A DNA stretch of 64,000 bases from Eledone cirrhosa (taxonomy: Eukaryota). The position numbers and the translations under genes were made by a program. How positions within the stretch are numbered: the stretch's first letter is position 1; each line of letters begins with the position of its first letter. The DNA is taken from NCBI GenBank assembly GCA_964016885.1, contig OZ024747.1:67766001-67830000 (forward strand), in the 5' to 3' direction. This document shows positions 34,697 through 49,000 of this stretch, one piece after another. Below the pieces are notes generated by a model. The model saw only the letters and a program-made list of their open reading frames with translations, was not told where the DNA came from and did not search any database.

Positions 34697-34857
34697 CATG
34701 TATATATATATATATATTTACATGTATATATATATATATACATGCATATATATATATATACCTGCATATAAATATATATATATACATACATGTATATATA
34801 TATATACATACATGTATATATATATATATATATACATACATGTATATATATATATAT

Positions 34858-34890
<33 letters not shown>

Positions 34891-34917
34891 CATACATGTA
34901 TATATATATATATATAT

Positions 34918-34990
<73 letters not shown>

Positions 34991-35018
34991 CATGTATATG
35001 TATATATATGTATATATA

Positions 35019-35342
35019 TAACTTTGAATAACTTTGAAATGTTTTGGCCAGTATTGGCCCAGGCCATTTCTAACTTAATAGCACCACCTGGCGAAGTCTT
35101 TCAATTCAGGATTTGGGCACCATGGCCCATTCGAGAAGAGAATAACTGTTTGCGGAGACATATCCGGGTGTGGGTGGTTTGTCCGGGATTACTTGGAGGA
35201 ATTTGTCCAAAGACTTCTTGAATTTTGTGTAGTCAGTTTCTGTTTTGACGTGTCCTGGTGTGATGTTGAAGAGAGCAGGGCCGATTGAGGTGAAATAATT
35301 GTGCCGTATTGTTGTTATGAGTTGCGATTTAGATTTTTGTAT

Positions 35343-35346
<4 letters not shown>
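35019..35346 (-). mobile_element. CR1-type LINE 3' end
   Basis: [34 protein letters not shown]; short ttcaaagtta repeat tail. Confidence 0.85.
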
Positions 35347-35383
<37 letters not shown>

Positions 35384-35461
35384 GTATGTATATATATATA
35401 TACATGTATATATATATATATATATACATGTATATATATATATATACATGTATATATATAT

Positions 35462-37283
35462 ACTCAAAAATGGAAGATCAAATTCCTGGAGGACTGGGTT
35501 GATGTCCATCCAAACCACATCCCTTTCTTCGTCCTCACTGAAACCCATCTCAGTAACCTCCACTTGGAAGCCGAGGTGAAAGTGAAAAATTTCAAAGCCA
35601 TCCGTGCTGATCGCGCTGGCAGAAGAAAGGGCGGGACTGCCATTTATGTCCATAATTCTTTCTCAACAGAGGCTATGAACATATTCACTAAAGGATACTG
35701 TGAAGCAGTCACTGTATTCAGTCAAACTAACAACCTATTAGTAGTTGGGCTCTATAGGCCACCCCAAACGCCTGTACCATGCTTCAAGGAATGCCTCAAC
35801 AGCATAAAGTGTTTCATCCAAGAGTGTCACCCTGACAACATCTTAATGATGGGGGACTTCAACCTCCCCGGAGTTGACTGGTCCACAAACAGCCTGCCAC
35901 CAGGTTCTTCTGCCTCAACCTCTGACAGGGAAGCAGTGGAATCGCTTCTTGCCTTCATGGATGATTTCTTCCTATCCCAACTGGTGCTCGAACCAACGAG
36001 GTGCCACAAAAACGTCCTAGACTTAATTTTCAGCAATCACACTGACAACATCCACAATATTTCAGTGGAGAAAACTCTACTCTCTGATCATGACATGGTT
36101 CTCTGTGATCTGATATTCCACTGTCCAATATACAAACCCAATGTCATCTCTCCTGTCCATCCGTTTGACGCTATGGATTTCCACAATGCAAACTGGGAAG
36201 CGATCAGTCATGATCTTGCACATGTCGACTGGTCCTTCACGCACACTCATACACCCACTAACATCAAAAAGTCCTGGCAGACATTTGTGGACACTGTTAC
36301 AAACATATGTGCAAAACACACCCCATTAAGAACTAGAAACAAATCTAAGAGCAGAATCCCTAGAAATAGAAAAACGCTCATCAGGAAAATTAAGAGAACT
36401 AACAAAAAAATCAACAAGCTGAAATACTGTCAGCAGCAACACATAAACTTGACTGCCATTTCATCACTAGAGATTAAAAAACATAACCTCCAAAACAACA
36501 TAATGTCCCTCATCAACAATCAGAGAAGAGCTGAAGAGGCCTGGGCCATTGAGAAGGTCAAACTCAATCCCAAAGTGTTCTTTTCATTTGCAAAAAAACA
36601 CAAAATCACTGGCTCTACTGTTGGCCCTCTAATTGATGAAAATGGCACTCTTCAAGACAATGCTAAAACCATGGGTGAGATACTGCAGAAACAATACTGC
36701 TCTGTTTTCAGCAATCCTGATATGGCCGATCTAGGCTGTATCGGCGATGTTACTCCCCATTACACCTTATCGGACATAACGTTTGGCGCCCCTGATGTCT
36801 TAGCGGCAATAAAGGAAATCAAGCATAATTCAGCAGTAGGTCCCGATAGGTTCCCTGCTTGTGTCTTGAAGGCGTGTCAACACCAACTTGCATCTCCTCT
36901 TGCCAATCTGTGGCGGAACTCACTGGATGCTGGATATGTACCAGAAAACCTTCTATCCCAGTCTGTTGTCCCAGTTTTCAAAAAAGGAAACAAATCCCTT
37001 GCCGTGAATTACCGTCCAATCTCACTCACCTCTCATATCATTAAGGTATTTGAGAGAGTGGTGAGATCGCGAATGACTCACTTCCTTGAGAGTAACAATA
37101 TGCTGAACTCCAACCAGCATGGATTCCGTAATGGAAGGGATTGCCTGACGCAGCTACTGCATCACTTTGATGACATTTTGAGAGCCTTGGGAGAGGGTTC
37201 CAACACTGATGTTATCTACCTTGATTTCAGCAAGGCCTTTGACAGGGTTGATCACAACATTCTACTGAGAAAGCTGTCCAATA
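35462..37283 (+). mobile_element. CR1-type LINE ORF2 fragment (APE endonuclease and N-terminal RT), truncated at both ends
   Basis: RADR..KGGGTAIYV, YRPP, MGDFNLP, LDLIFSN, SDHDMV, GPD, NYRPISLTS, QHGFR, YLDFSKAFD; about 570 codons open. Confidence 0.93.
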
Positions 37284-37287
37284 TATC

Positions 37288-37331
37288 TTCTACTTTTGAA
37301 AAGCAGAAGAACTGTGAAACCGGTAAAGGAA
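37288..37331 (+). ncRNA. Hammerhead motif, U3-A8 variant
   Basis: ctt-TTGAAAA-gcag/ctgt-GAAA-CCGG-TA-aag, followed by AATAAA. Confidence 0.65.
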
Positions 37332-38124
37332 CCCAATAAATATATTTTTTTTAAAAATAACACTCCAGTTGCATTTTCGATTTCATCTTTTTTTCTCTAT
37401 ATATATATACATAATCATGAATGTAGAAAATAACTTGTGAACACAATAGATTGCTGTAGATCACAGGTTCTCAACCCATTTAGGCCAAACGCCCCCTTTT
37501 GTCCCTCGAAATCTCGACCCCCCCCCCCCCCACTACCCTATTTTTCCATTTTCCAATATATTACTAATTTTGATATCAGTAGATTACTGAAAAATTAACA
37601 ATATTCCAAAGATATCATTGCAGGCAGCTGAGAGTATAAATACATTCCTTGAAAGGAAATAATAAATTTCAAAAAAAGGAACATAAATGTTCTTTTTTAT
37701 GAATAAGGACCAGTTGAATTTGTTATATTCCCACCAGGCGATACCAGCTATTTTGAACATTTATACAAGAGCAACTCTGTCTATCCCAAGAGTGCACTTA
37801 TCTGGAAGAAAGTGGCAATTATATCATTTCAAAGCTTTCCAATTTTCCCTTTAATGAAACGGACAGAATAAATGTTGATATCTAACTTGATGTCCCCTCT
37901 GCTTTGTGAGCTTAGAGACCACGGAAGAGAGTTTTCATGACCACGCGGGAGGGTATATTTATTAATAAATGGTTAAATATATACAACAAATGAGAAAGTG
38001 AATTGTAGTAGATGGTTTCCAGTCCAGTCAGACTGCAACTACAAATAAAAAAATTGTTAGTTTGCTTTGTAACAATAGCATATCCAAATTTTCGGATAAA
38101 TCAACTTACTTTAACTTTGACCTC

Positions 38125-39160
38125 ATTTCAATGGGACCCTTGAGCTTCGTGGAGTCTAGCTAACTCTTTGACATGAGGCTGAATTTCCTAAGATGTAGCC
38201 AGAGATCTCCACGTGTAATTACATTGTAGCGGTTGCGAGACTTACTGTGCAGTCTGGAAACAGCATCAAACCTCCTCTCGACTAAGTATGAGCTTGGAAA
38301 AGGCAGAGCAAATCTCTTAGCCTCTGCATGTAGGTGTGGAAATCGACGCTGAATTTCCTCTTGCATCCCAAAAAGGGGTTCACCTATTTTGGGAAATCTA
38401 ATTTTGATCATGTCATTTGCTTGAAGTTCAATGAATACTTCCTGAAATTTAACATCCAAATTGTCGACGTTAGCTATGAAGGGATCTGCTATCCACATTG
38501 GAATGTCCATCGGCAAAAGGTTGACAAACCATTCTCTCATGTTGTCTTGTAGCGCACGGAGGTGAGTGGTATACATTTGGAGTTGGTCATCGCTTACAAT
38601 GTTTTGAACATTGGCGACACTAGAAAATTATAGAATTCCCGTCAACAAAGATTCCTTTCGATGACATTCAATTTGGCCAGGAACGTTTTCACAGCATTCC
38701 TTGCTTTAAGCAAGGTGATCTTCCCCTGCAAAGCCAAAATGACGCTATTGCATTTGTCGAAGATGTCGGTGAGGTAGGGCTTTTCTTGTACAGTTCTGTG
38801 TTGCGTCCTCGCAGAAACTCAATGATAGAGTTGAAGAGTTCAAAGAAGTGAGTAAAGCACTTGCCGTTTGAAAGCCACTTCACTTCAGTATGAAGGAGCA
38901 ACTTGGTGAATTCTTCGTCATTATCTTGGCACAGTTGCCGGAAAATTCGTTCATTAAGGGAATGTCGTTTGATAAAATTGATGACATCAATGGCCACCTG
39001 CAAGGACTTGCTCAGCGGCTTGCTGAGTTTTTTCGCAGCCAAGTGTTGTCGATGAATGACACAATGAACAGCAAATACAGATAGATTTTCTCTCTTCAGA
39101 AGAGTGACGAAACCCTTATGTTGGCCGACCATTGCTCTTGCGTCGTCCGTATCACGATAC
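38125..39160 (-). pseudogene. Frameshifted Buster-type hAT transposase
   Basis: ORF pieces 38689-39162 and 38160-38576 with CxxH and the hAT dimerisation motif. Confidence 0.85.
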
Positions 39161-39162
39161 AA

Positions 39163-39440
39163 TGTGTGTTGTATGTGGTCCTAGATGTATGTATTACCTG
39201 CTTGTGTGTTGTATGTAGTCCTAGATGTATGTATTACCTGATTGTGTTGTATGTGGTCCTAGATGTTTGTATTACCCGCTTGTGTGTTGTATGTGGTCCT
39301 AGATGTATGTATTACCTGCCTGTGTGTTGTATGTGGTCCTAGATGTATGTATTACCTGATTATGTGTTGTATGTGGTCCTAGATATTTGTATTACTTGAT
39401 TATGTGTTGCATGTGGTCCTAGATGTGTGTGTTACCCACT
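39163..39440. repeat. About 39-bp tandem repeat, about 7 copies, inside the hAT element
   Basis: tgtgttgtatgtggtcctagatgtatgtattacc.. Confidence 0.9.
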
Positions 39441-40229
39441 TCTGTGTTTTTTATTTTCTTTTTTTTTATTTGTAATATTATATATACAATAGGGAATAAA
39501 ATAGATCTACATAGTGTTAACTCGTTACGGTTGAGTCAATAATATCACACATGAAATACATTGTTATCGGTGAAGGAAAGATAAGATTCTAACTGGCTGC
39601 GCTCAAAGTGTTCTTGACCCAGTTGACCCTGGAGTTCCAAAACGCCCCCCCCCCACCCCATTGAGAATATTTGCTGTAGATATTATCTTAGAAAATCGAG
39701 CCAAATACCCCCAATAGATGGAAAAAAATAGACAACAATCACTACAGAGGATGAAACTCTGTACTTCTCAAATTCCAGAACGCTTAGTCAGAATTTGAGA
39801 GGTACAGAGTTCACAGCTATATTCTGCATTCGAGATATTCTACATTTAAAGCTAATCATTTAGCCTATGTTTAGACGGCCAATGGTACAGAGCGCTCAAC
39901 CAGCATTTCAGAGGCATGGATTTCGATTATCTGTAGCCAGTGCTGGCCTCATTTTTCCGTCTGGAGGGGTATTTTACCCGGTTTTCTAAACTATTATTTA
40001 TAGCAATCGACTGTGTTCACAGTTCTTTCTGCGTTCATGATTTTCTACATTTCCTACGAATTCCAATCCACTCGACACTTCGATGGTTTATTTACAAAGA
40101 AGATGGCTGCAACTCGATTTCGAGTAATGCCATAGCTTGATACTTAAGCAAGAGCATCACGGACGTGGCTTTGTAGTCCTGGTAGGGAACTGCCTATGGC
40201 CAGCAATGCCATGCATCGCAAAAAATGTC

Positions 40230-40430
40230 ACATATCAAGTGATGTCTATGCTTCAAGCTTTTTTAAGTGACGAAAGGATTTGCACGAGACCAATCCCACT
40301 GTCTGAACATAGAATGCATTTACCCCAAAGTAGAACTGGTCTACATCATTGGATACAAACGAAGTCACAGGTTTTATATCAGAGTGACTTTCTCCTAGAG
40401 AGATGTCTTAATGAAGCCTAGGAGTCTCTC
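40230..40430 (-). mobile_element. Old diverged relative of the RTE-related non-coding repeat
   Basis: Minus strand ctaggagaaagtcactctgatataaaacctg..tatccaatgatg..agtgggattgg. Confidence 0.55.
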
Positions 40431-40491
40431 GATCCACAAAAAATACACACTTTATTGGATGGCTGTTGACTTTCCCGAGTTCCTCTGCCCT

Positions 40492-40523
<32 letters not shown>

Positions 40524-40529
40524 CATACA

Positions 40530-40562
<33 letters not shown>

Positions 40563-40752
40563 GCATACATGCATACATGCATGCATACATGCATGCATAC
40601 ATATATGCATGCATACATGCAAAGATACATACATATATGCATACATATATGCATACATACAGATATGCATACATACATACATACATACATGCATACATAC
40701 ATACATATATGCATACATAGATACATATATGCATACATATATGCATACATAC

Positions 40753-41082
40753 ATGGTGGCTGCCAACTCGTTTTCGAGTACGGCCACTACTTTATTTCCA
40801 TGTGGGAGAACCCCTACCGATACGCTGAATGAGTGTGACTTTTTAGTCCAGCCAGCGACTTGAAAACTCTGGTACAAACACTACACTTGTGACAATTATT
40901 GACACATAGTGCTGGGCCCATGGTACCATGTGATGACAAGTGCAGAGAGATCTCTAGATATAAAGCAATGCCTGTGCCGTGAAGCTTTTATAGTGAGCAA
41001 AGGCACTGCATAAAGCCAGTCCCACTCTCTTAACCAAGATGATATTTACCAAAAAGAAGAACAAGTCAACATCATTGGATAC
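40753..41082 (-). mobile_element. RTE-related non-coding repeat, partial
   Basis: Reverse complement of about 10098-10428. Confidence 0.8.
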
Positions 41083-41255
41083 ATATATATATACATACAC
41101 ATATACATACATATACACACACATACATATACATACATACAATATATATATAAACATACATATACATACATACAATACATAAATAAACATACATATACAC
41201 ATACATATATATATATACATACATACATATATACATACAATATATATATAAACAT

Positions 41256-41440
41256 GCGGTGGATTGGCAGTATCGGTGGAGGGTCGGACGCCATGCTTTC
41301 CAGCATAGTTACGTCCCTTTACGATCTGAGTTCAAATCCCGCCGAGGTTGACTTTGCCTTTCATCCTTACGGGGTCGATAAAATAAAGTACCAGTAATGC
41401 ACTAGGTAATTGCTGGCTTTGTGCCTAAAGTAGAAACAAA
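41256..41440 (+). mobile_element. tRNA-SINE (Meta/MESC-like family)
   Basis: Same consensus as 16348. Confidence 0.8.
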
Positions 41441-41453
41441 TATATATATAAAC

Positions 41454-43366
41454 ATGGTGGCTGCCAACTCGTTTTCGAGTACGGCCGCTACTTTATATCC
41501 ATGTAGGAGAACTCCTACAGATACACTGAACGAGTGTGGCTTTTTAGTCCAGCCAGCGAATTGAAAACTCTGGTACAAACACTACACCTGTGACAATTAT
41601 TGACACATAGTGCTGGGCCCATGGTATCATGTGACGACAAGTGCAGTGAGATCTCCAGATATAAAGCAATGCCTGTGCCGTTAAGCTTTTATTGTGAGCA
41701 AAGGCACTGCACAAAGCCAGTCTCACTCTCTTAACCAAGATGATATTTACCAAAAAGAAGAACAAGTCAACATCATTGGATACCATCAGGGTTGCAGGTG
41801 TTATATCAGAGTTTTCCTTCTCCTAGAATTCTGCCTTGACAAAGGCTAAGGGGTCATCCCTCCCGGTGATTTTGGATGGCCATTGACTTTTAAGAGCTCC
41901 TTTGCCCTTTGACAGGTTTTATTTTTAGTCCTGCAGGATGTCCAAAGTCACCCTCCTCACCACGAAACCTTGGTGGGGTTGCCAGTTTAGTCGCCAACAA
42001 CCCGACCATGGGACAGGTTGTACTGGAATACATGTTACCAGTAGCACCATACATACATACATACATACATACATACATACATACATACATACATACATAC
42101 ATACATACATGGTGGTTGCCAACTCGTTTTCGAGTACGGCCACTACTTTATATCCATGTAAGAGAACCCCTACCAATGCGCTGAACGAATGTGACTTTTT
42201 AGTCCAGCCAGCGACTTGAAAACTCTGGTACAAACACTACACTTGTGACAATTATTGACACATAGTGCTGGGCCCATGGTACCATGTGACGACAAGTGTA
42301 GAGAGATCTCCAGATATAAAGCAATGCCTGTGCTGTGAAGCTTTTATAGTGAGCAAAGGCACTGCACAAAGCCAGTCCCACTCTCTTAACCAAGATGATA
42401 TTTACCAAAAAGAAGAACAATTCAACATCATTGGATACCATCAGGGTTGCAGGTGTTATATCAGAGTTTTCCTTCTCCTAGAATTCTGCCTTGACAAAGG
42501 CTAAGGGGTCATCTCTCCCTGTGATTTTGGATGGCTATTGACTCTTAAGAGCCCCTTTGCCTTTTGACAGGTTTTGTTTTTAGTCCTGCAGGATGTCCAA
42601 AGCCACCCTCCTCACCAAGAAACCTTGGTGGGGTTGCCAGTTTAGTCGCCAACGACCCGACCATGGGACAGGTTGTACTGGAATACATGTTACCAGTAGC
42701 ACCATACATACATACATACATACATACATACATACATACATACATACATACATACATACATACATACATACATGGTGGTTGCCAACTCGTTTTCGAGTAC
42801 GGCCACTACTTTATATCCATGTAAGAGAACCCCTACCAATGCGCTGAACGAATGTGACTTTTTAGTCCAGCCAGCGACTTGAAAACTCTGGTACAAACAC
42901 TACACTTGTGACAATTATTGACACATAGTGCTGGGCCCATGGTACCATGTGACGACAAGTGTAGAGAGATCTCCAGATATAAAGCAATGCCTGTGCTGTG
43001 AAGCTTTTATAGTGAGCAAAGGCACTGCACAAAGCCAGTCCCACTCTCTTAACCAAGATGATATTTACCAAAAAGAAGAACAATTCAACATCATTGGATA
43101 CCATCAGGGTTGCAGGTGTTATATCAGAGTTTTCCTTCTCCTAGAATTCTGCCTTGACAAAGGCTAAGGGGTCATCTCTCCCTGTGATTTTGGATGGCTA
43201 TTGACTCTTAAGAGCCCCTTTGCCTTTTGACAGGTTTTGTTTTTAGTCCTGCAGGATGTCCAAAGCCACCCTCCTCACCAAGAAACCTTGGTGGGGTTGC
43301 CAGTTTAGTCGCCAACGACCCGACCATGGGACAGGTTGTACTGGAATACATGTTACCAGTAGCACC
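41454..43366 (-). mobile_element. Three tandem copies of the RTE-related repeat (41454-42048, 42109-42703, 42772-43366) separated by (TACA)n
   Basis: Direct repeats; the last two look identical, period 663 bp. Confidence 0.9.
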
Positions 43367-43504
43367 ATACATACATACATACATACATACATACATACAT
43401 ACATACAATCTTTTTTATATACCAGTGTAATTAAAGCATTCAAACATTTACTGAATAGGAGCTCCGTACATTTGAATAGAGGTATGGAATGGACCTCCAC
43501 CGGT

Positions 43505-43790
43505 TAGGGTGATGAGTATTCTAGTTTGATCAACGGAACAGCTTGCTCGTGAAATTAACGAGCAAATGACAAATCATTCTCGACACCTCGGGCTTAAATT
43601 ATTTATCAGTGATATTGAGCGTGAACAATGTGTGACAAGACTCACCCTTTGAATTAAAGGGTTAACTAATTTTTTCAAACTGAATGGACAGAAGCAGCGT
43701 GAAATAAAGTGTTTAGCGCTCTAGTAGGAATTGAACTCACGACCGTACGACCGTCAGCCGAACATTATAACCACCAAGCTGCGTGTCCTC
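43505..43790 (-). mobile_element. tRNA-derived CORE-like SINE
   Basis: Reverse-complement similarity to 14803-15115. Confidence 0.65.
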
Positions 43791-43812
43791 ACATGCACAC
43801 GTACATACATAC

Positions 43813-44160
43813 ATGATGACTGCCCCTTCGTTATCGAGTATGGCCATTGCACGATATAACATTATTAATAATTATTAATTAATTCTATCGTGCAATGCCT
43901 GAGCGTGAATTTTTTTTTAAAGTGAGGAAAGACTGTGCACTGAGCCAATCCCACTCTCTGAGCGACAGTAGCTATAATCTGAAAAGAAGAAAAGATCAAC
44001 ATCATCGGTAACTACTGAGCCGCAGGTTTTATATCGGAGTTATCCCAGTTTCCTGAGTTGCCTTCTCCTAGAAGAATGCTCTGACAAAGGCTAGGGGTGC
44101 TTCACTCCCAGTGGTTTAACTGCGCGATCGGGTATCCAGCCCAACTATTTCTATGTCCCC
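43813..44160 (-). mobile_element. Second family of the RTE-related non-coding repeat
   Basis: Matches 22280-22481; gccttctcctagaag..ctgacaaaggctagggg. Confidence 0.7.
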
Positions 44161-44410
44161 GCGCATATACATATGAACACATGTATATACATATACATGT
44201 GTATATACATATTTACACATTTTTGGATGGCCGTTGACTCTTATGAGTTCTTCCACCCTCATTCATACATACATACACACATACATATATACATACATAC
44301 ATACATACATACATACATACATACACACATACATGCACACATACACACACACATACATAGATACATACATACACACACGCATACATACACACACACATAC
44401 ACACATACAT

Positions 44411-44443
<33 letters not shown>

Positions 44444-44929
44444 TACACAGTAAGGTAGGTACGTAAATATATCCACACTTGTTACATGACTGAATGTAGA
44501 ATGTGCCAAGTAAGCAAGAAATGTTTCTTTTTCTCTAAACTCTTGGAGACTTTCTGCTTAACTTATATTCCCTGTTGTGCTTTATTCTTCCTTCACCACC
44601 ATCAATCCCCAACCACCCCGATACCATCAACATCCACCCCAAAACCACCCACATACCACCTCAAAACCACCCACATACCACCCTGCCAACCCAGACGTCT
44701 CTGTAAAAAGTTTACCGCCTCCGCTTCTGTTTCTAAATGCTTCCCCCTTCCTCTTTACTTCTCTACATCACTCTTTCTCTTTCTCTTCTCTTTCTCTTCT
44801 CTGCCTCTCTCTCTCTCTCTTCCTCTTCTCTTTCTCTTTCTCTCTGTTTTTGCAGCACCCCCATCTCCTCCCCCATTCCCATGCTTCTCTTTTTTTATCG
44901 TCTAGCACCAAGTCATCTCACCTCCGACA

Positions 44930-45400
44930 ACTCCAGCGTCATCGTAATCACCACCACCACCACCATCATCACTACCTCCACCAGCAACATATCCACCAAC
45001 ACAACTTCCACCGTCACCACCACCACCACTTCCACGATGAGGACAACGACGACCATCACCACTACCATCATCACTACCACCACCATCATCACCACCACCA
45101 CCACCACCACCACTACCACCATCGTCACTATCACCACCACCACCACCACCACTACCACCATCGTCACTATCACCACCAGCAACACACCCACCGTCACCAC
45201 CAATGCCATATCACGACACACACATACATTCTCACCACCACCACCAACAACACCACCACCAACAACACCACCACTCACATTACCACCACCACCACCACCA
45301 CCAACCACCACAACCACCACCACCCACATTACCACAACCACCAACAACACCACCATCAATACCACCACAACTACCACCACCACATCACCACCGCCATCGC
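44930..45400. repeat. (CAC)n-rich low-complexity tract
   Basis: Seen directly. Confidence 0.9.
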
Positions 45401-45844
45401 TGCTATCTCAAATACGAAGAGACTTCCTCCTATAACATTGCCACACCTTCTCTCTCTCCTTCTCTCTCTCACTCTCTCTCTCTCTCATTCTCTCTCTTTC
45501 ACGCTCTCTCATTCTTTATTTTTTTCTGTCTCTCTCACTCTCTCTCTCTTTCCTTCTCTTTCCTGATCCAGGCGTCGTTACATCTTACTCAAGATATCTA
45601 ACTTTTTGCAAACATTCGCCATCACCACCCATCCCTCTTTCAGCTAAAACCACCATCACAATCACGATAGCCACCACTGCTGACTAACCACAACCATTTC
45701 TAATTAACCACTACCACTACAATCACCAGTAACTAATTAGTATCACCGCAACAACCATCGCAACTACCACTAACTAACCAACACTACCATCGCAATCACT
45801 ACAAACTGGTCAATACCTTCAACAAAATCAACACCTAGTAGTCA

Positions 45845-45998
45845 ACATTCTTTGACGCATAGAGTTACGCCCCTTTATGATCTGAGTTCAAATCACGCCG
45901 AGGTTAACTTTGCCTTTCATCCTTACGGGTCGATTAAGTAAAACTAACAGTAATGTACTGGGTAATTGCTGGCCTTGTGCCAAAAGTGGAGACAATTA
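45845..45998 (+). mobile_element. tRNA-SINE (Meta/MESC-like family), partial
   Basis: gagttcaaatcacgccgaggttaactttgcctttcatccttacggg. Confidence 0.75.
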
Positions 45999-46002
45999 TC
46001 TT

Positions 46003-49000
46003 CACAACTACCACTAACTAACCAACACTATCACCATCACAACTACCACTAACTAACCAACACTATCACCATCACAACTACCACTAACTAACCAACACTA
46101 TCACCATCACAACTACCACTAACTAACCAACACTATCACCATCACAACTACCACTAACTAACCAATGCTATCACCATCACAACTACCACTAACTAACCAA
46201 CACTATCACCATCACAACTACCACTAACTAACCAATGCTATGACCATCACAACTACCACTAACTAACCAACACTATCACCATCACAACTACCACTAACTA
46301 ACCAACACTATCACCATCACAACTACCACTAACTAACCAACACTATCACCATCACAACTACCACTAACTAACCAACACTATCACCATCACAACTACCACT
46401 AACTAACCAACACTATCACCATCACAACTACCACTAACTAACCAACACTATCACCATCACAACTACCACTAACTAACCAACACTATCACCATCACAACTA
46501 CCACTAACTAACCAACACTATCACCATCACAACTACCACTAACTAACCAACACTATCACCATCACAACTACCACAAACTAACCAACACTATCACCATCAC
46601 AACTACCACTAACTAACCAACACTATCACCATCACAACTACCACTAACTAACCAACACTATCACCACCACAACTACCACTAACTAACCAACACTATCACC
46701 ATCACAACTACCACTAACTAACCAACACTATCACCATCACAACTACCACTAACTAACCAACACTATCACCATCACAACTACCACTAACTAACCAACACCA
46801 TCACCATCACAACTACCACAAACTAACCAACACTATCACCATCACAACTACCACTAACTAACCAACACTATCACCATCACAACTACCACTAACTAACCAA
46901 CACTATCACCACCACAACTACCACTAACTAACCAACACTATCACCATCACAACTACCACTAACTAACCAACACTATCACCATCACAACTACCACTAACTA
47001 ACCAACACTATCACCATCACAACTACCACTAACTAACCAACACTATCACCATCACAACTACCACTAACTAACCAATGCTATGACCATCACAACTACCACT
47101 AACTAACCAACATTATCACCATCACAACTACCACTAACTAACCAACACTATCACCATCACAACTACCACAAACTAACCAACACTATCACCATCACAACTA
47201 CCACTAACTAACCAACACTATCACCATCACAACTACCACAAACTAACCAACACTATCACCATCACAACTACCACAAACTAACCAACACTATCACCATCAC
47301 AACTACCACTAACTAACCAACACTATCACCATCACAACTACCACTAACTAACCAACACTATCACCACCACAACTACCACTAACTAACCAACACTATCACC
47401 ATCACAACTACCACTAACTAACCAATGCTATGACCATCACAACTACCACTAACTAACCAACATTATCACCATCACAACTACCACTAACTAACCAACACTA
47501 TCACCATCACAACTACCACAAACTAACCAACACTATCACCATCACAACTACCACTAACTAACCAACACTATCACCATCACAACTACCACTAACTAACCAA
47601 CACTATCACCATCACAACTACCACTAACTAACCAACACTATCACCATCACAACTACCACTAACTAACCAACACTATCACCATCACAACTACCACTAACTA
47701 ACCAACACTATCACCATCACAACTACCACTAACTAACCAACACTATCACCACCACAACTACCACTAACTAACCAACATTATCACCATCACAACTACCACT
47801 AACTAACCAACACTATCACCATCACAACTACCACAAACTAACCAACACTATCACCATCACAACTACCACAAACTAACCAACACTATCACCATCATAACTA
47901 CCACTAACTAACCAACACTATCACCATCACAACTACCACTAACTAACCAACACTATCACCATCACAACTACCACTAACTAACCAACACTATCACCATCAC
48001 AACTACCACAAACTAACCAACACTATCACCACCACAACTACCACTAACTAACCAATGCTATCACCATCACAACTACCACTAACTAACCAACACTATCACC
48101 ACCACAACTACCACTAACTAACCAACACTATCACCATCACAACTACCACTAACTAACCAATGCTATGACCATCACAACTACCACTAACTAACCAATGCTA
48201 TCACCATCACAACTACCACTAATTAACCAACAATATCACCATCACAACTACCACTAACTAACCAATGCTATGACCATCACAACTACCACTAACTAACCAA
48301 CAATATCACCATCACAACTACCACTAACTAACCAATGCTATCACCATCACAACTACCACAAACTAACCAACACTATCACCACCACAACTACCACTAACTA
48401 ACCAACACTATCACCATCACAACTACCACTAACTAACCAACACTATCACCATCACAACTACCACTAACTAACCAACAATATCACCATCACAACTACCACT
48501 AACTAACCAACACTATCACCATCACAACTACCACTAATTAACCAACACTATCACTACCACAACTACCACTAACTAACCAACACTATCACCATCACAACTA
48601 CCACTAACTAACCAATGCTATCACCACCACAACTACCACTAACTAACCAACACTATCACCATCACAACTACCACTAACTAACCAACACTATCACCATCAC
48701 AACTACCACTAACTAACCAACACTATCACCATCACAACTACCACTAACTAACCAACACTATCACCATCACAACTACCACTAATTAACCAATGCTATCACC
48801 ATCACAACTACCACTAACTAACCAACACTATCACCATCACAACTACCACTAATTAACCAATGCTATCACCATCACAACTACCACTAACTAACCAACACTA
48901 TCACCATCACAACTACCACCAACTAACCAACACTATCACCATCACAACTACCACTAATTAACCAATGCTATCACCATCACAACTACCACTAACTAACCAA

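Larger units (their letters stand above)
37462..39673 (-). mobile_element. hAT DNA transposon, Buster/Charlie (ZBED5/SCAND3-like) type, degraded
   Basis: 8-bp TSD CTGTAGAT at 37454 and 39674 (central TA); imperfect TIRs cacaggttctcaa / ttgagaatatttg; TDDARAMVG, HCVIHRQHLAAK, LLLHTEVKWLS, FPSSYLVE. Confidence 0.9.

Noticed and set aside
41454-43366. Repeated 79-92 aa ORFs as small genes
   Set aside because: They recur only because the repeat recurs, overlap on both strands and show no motifs.
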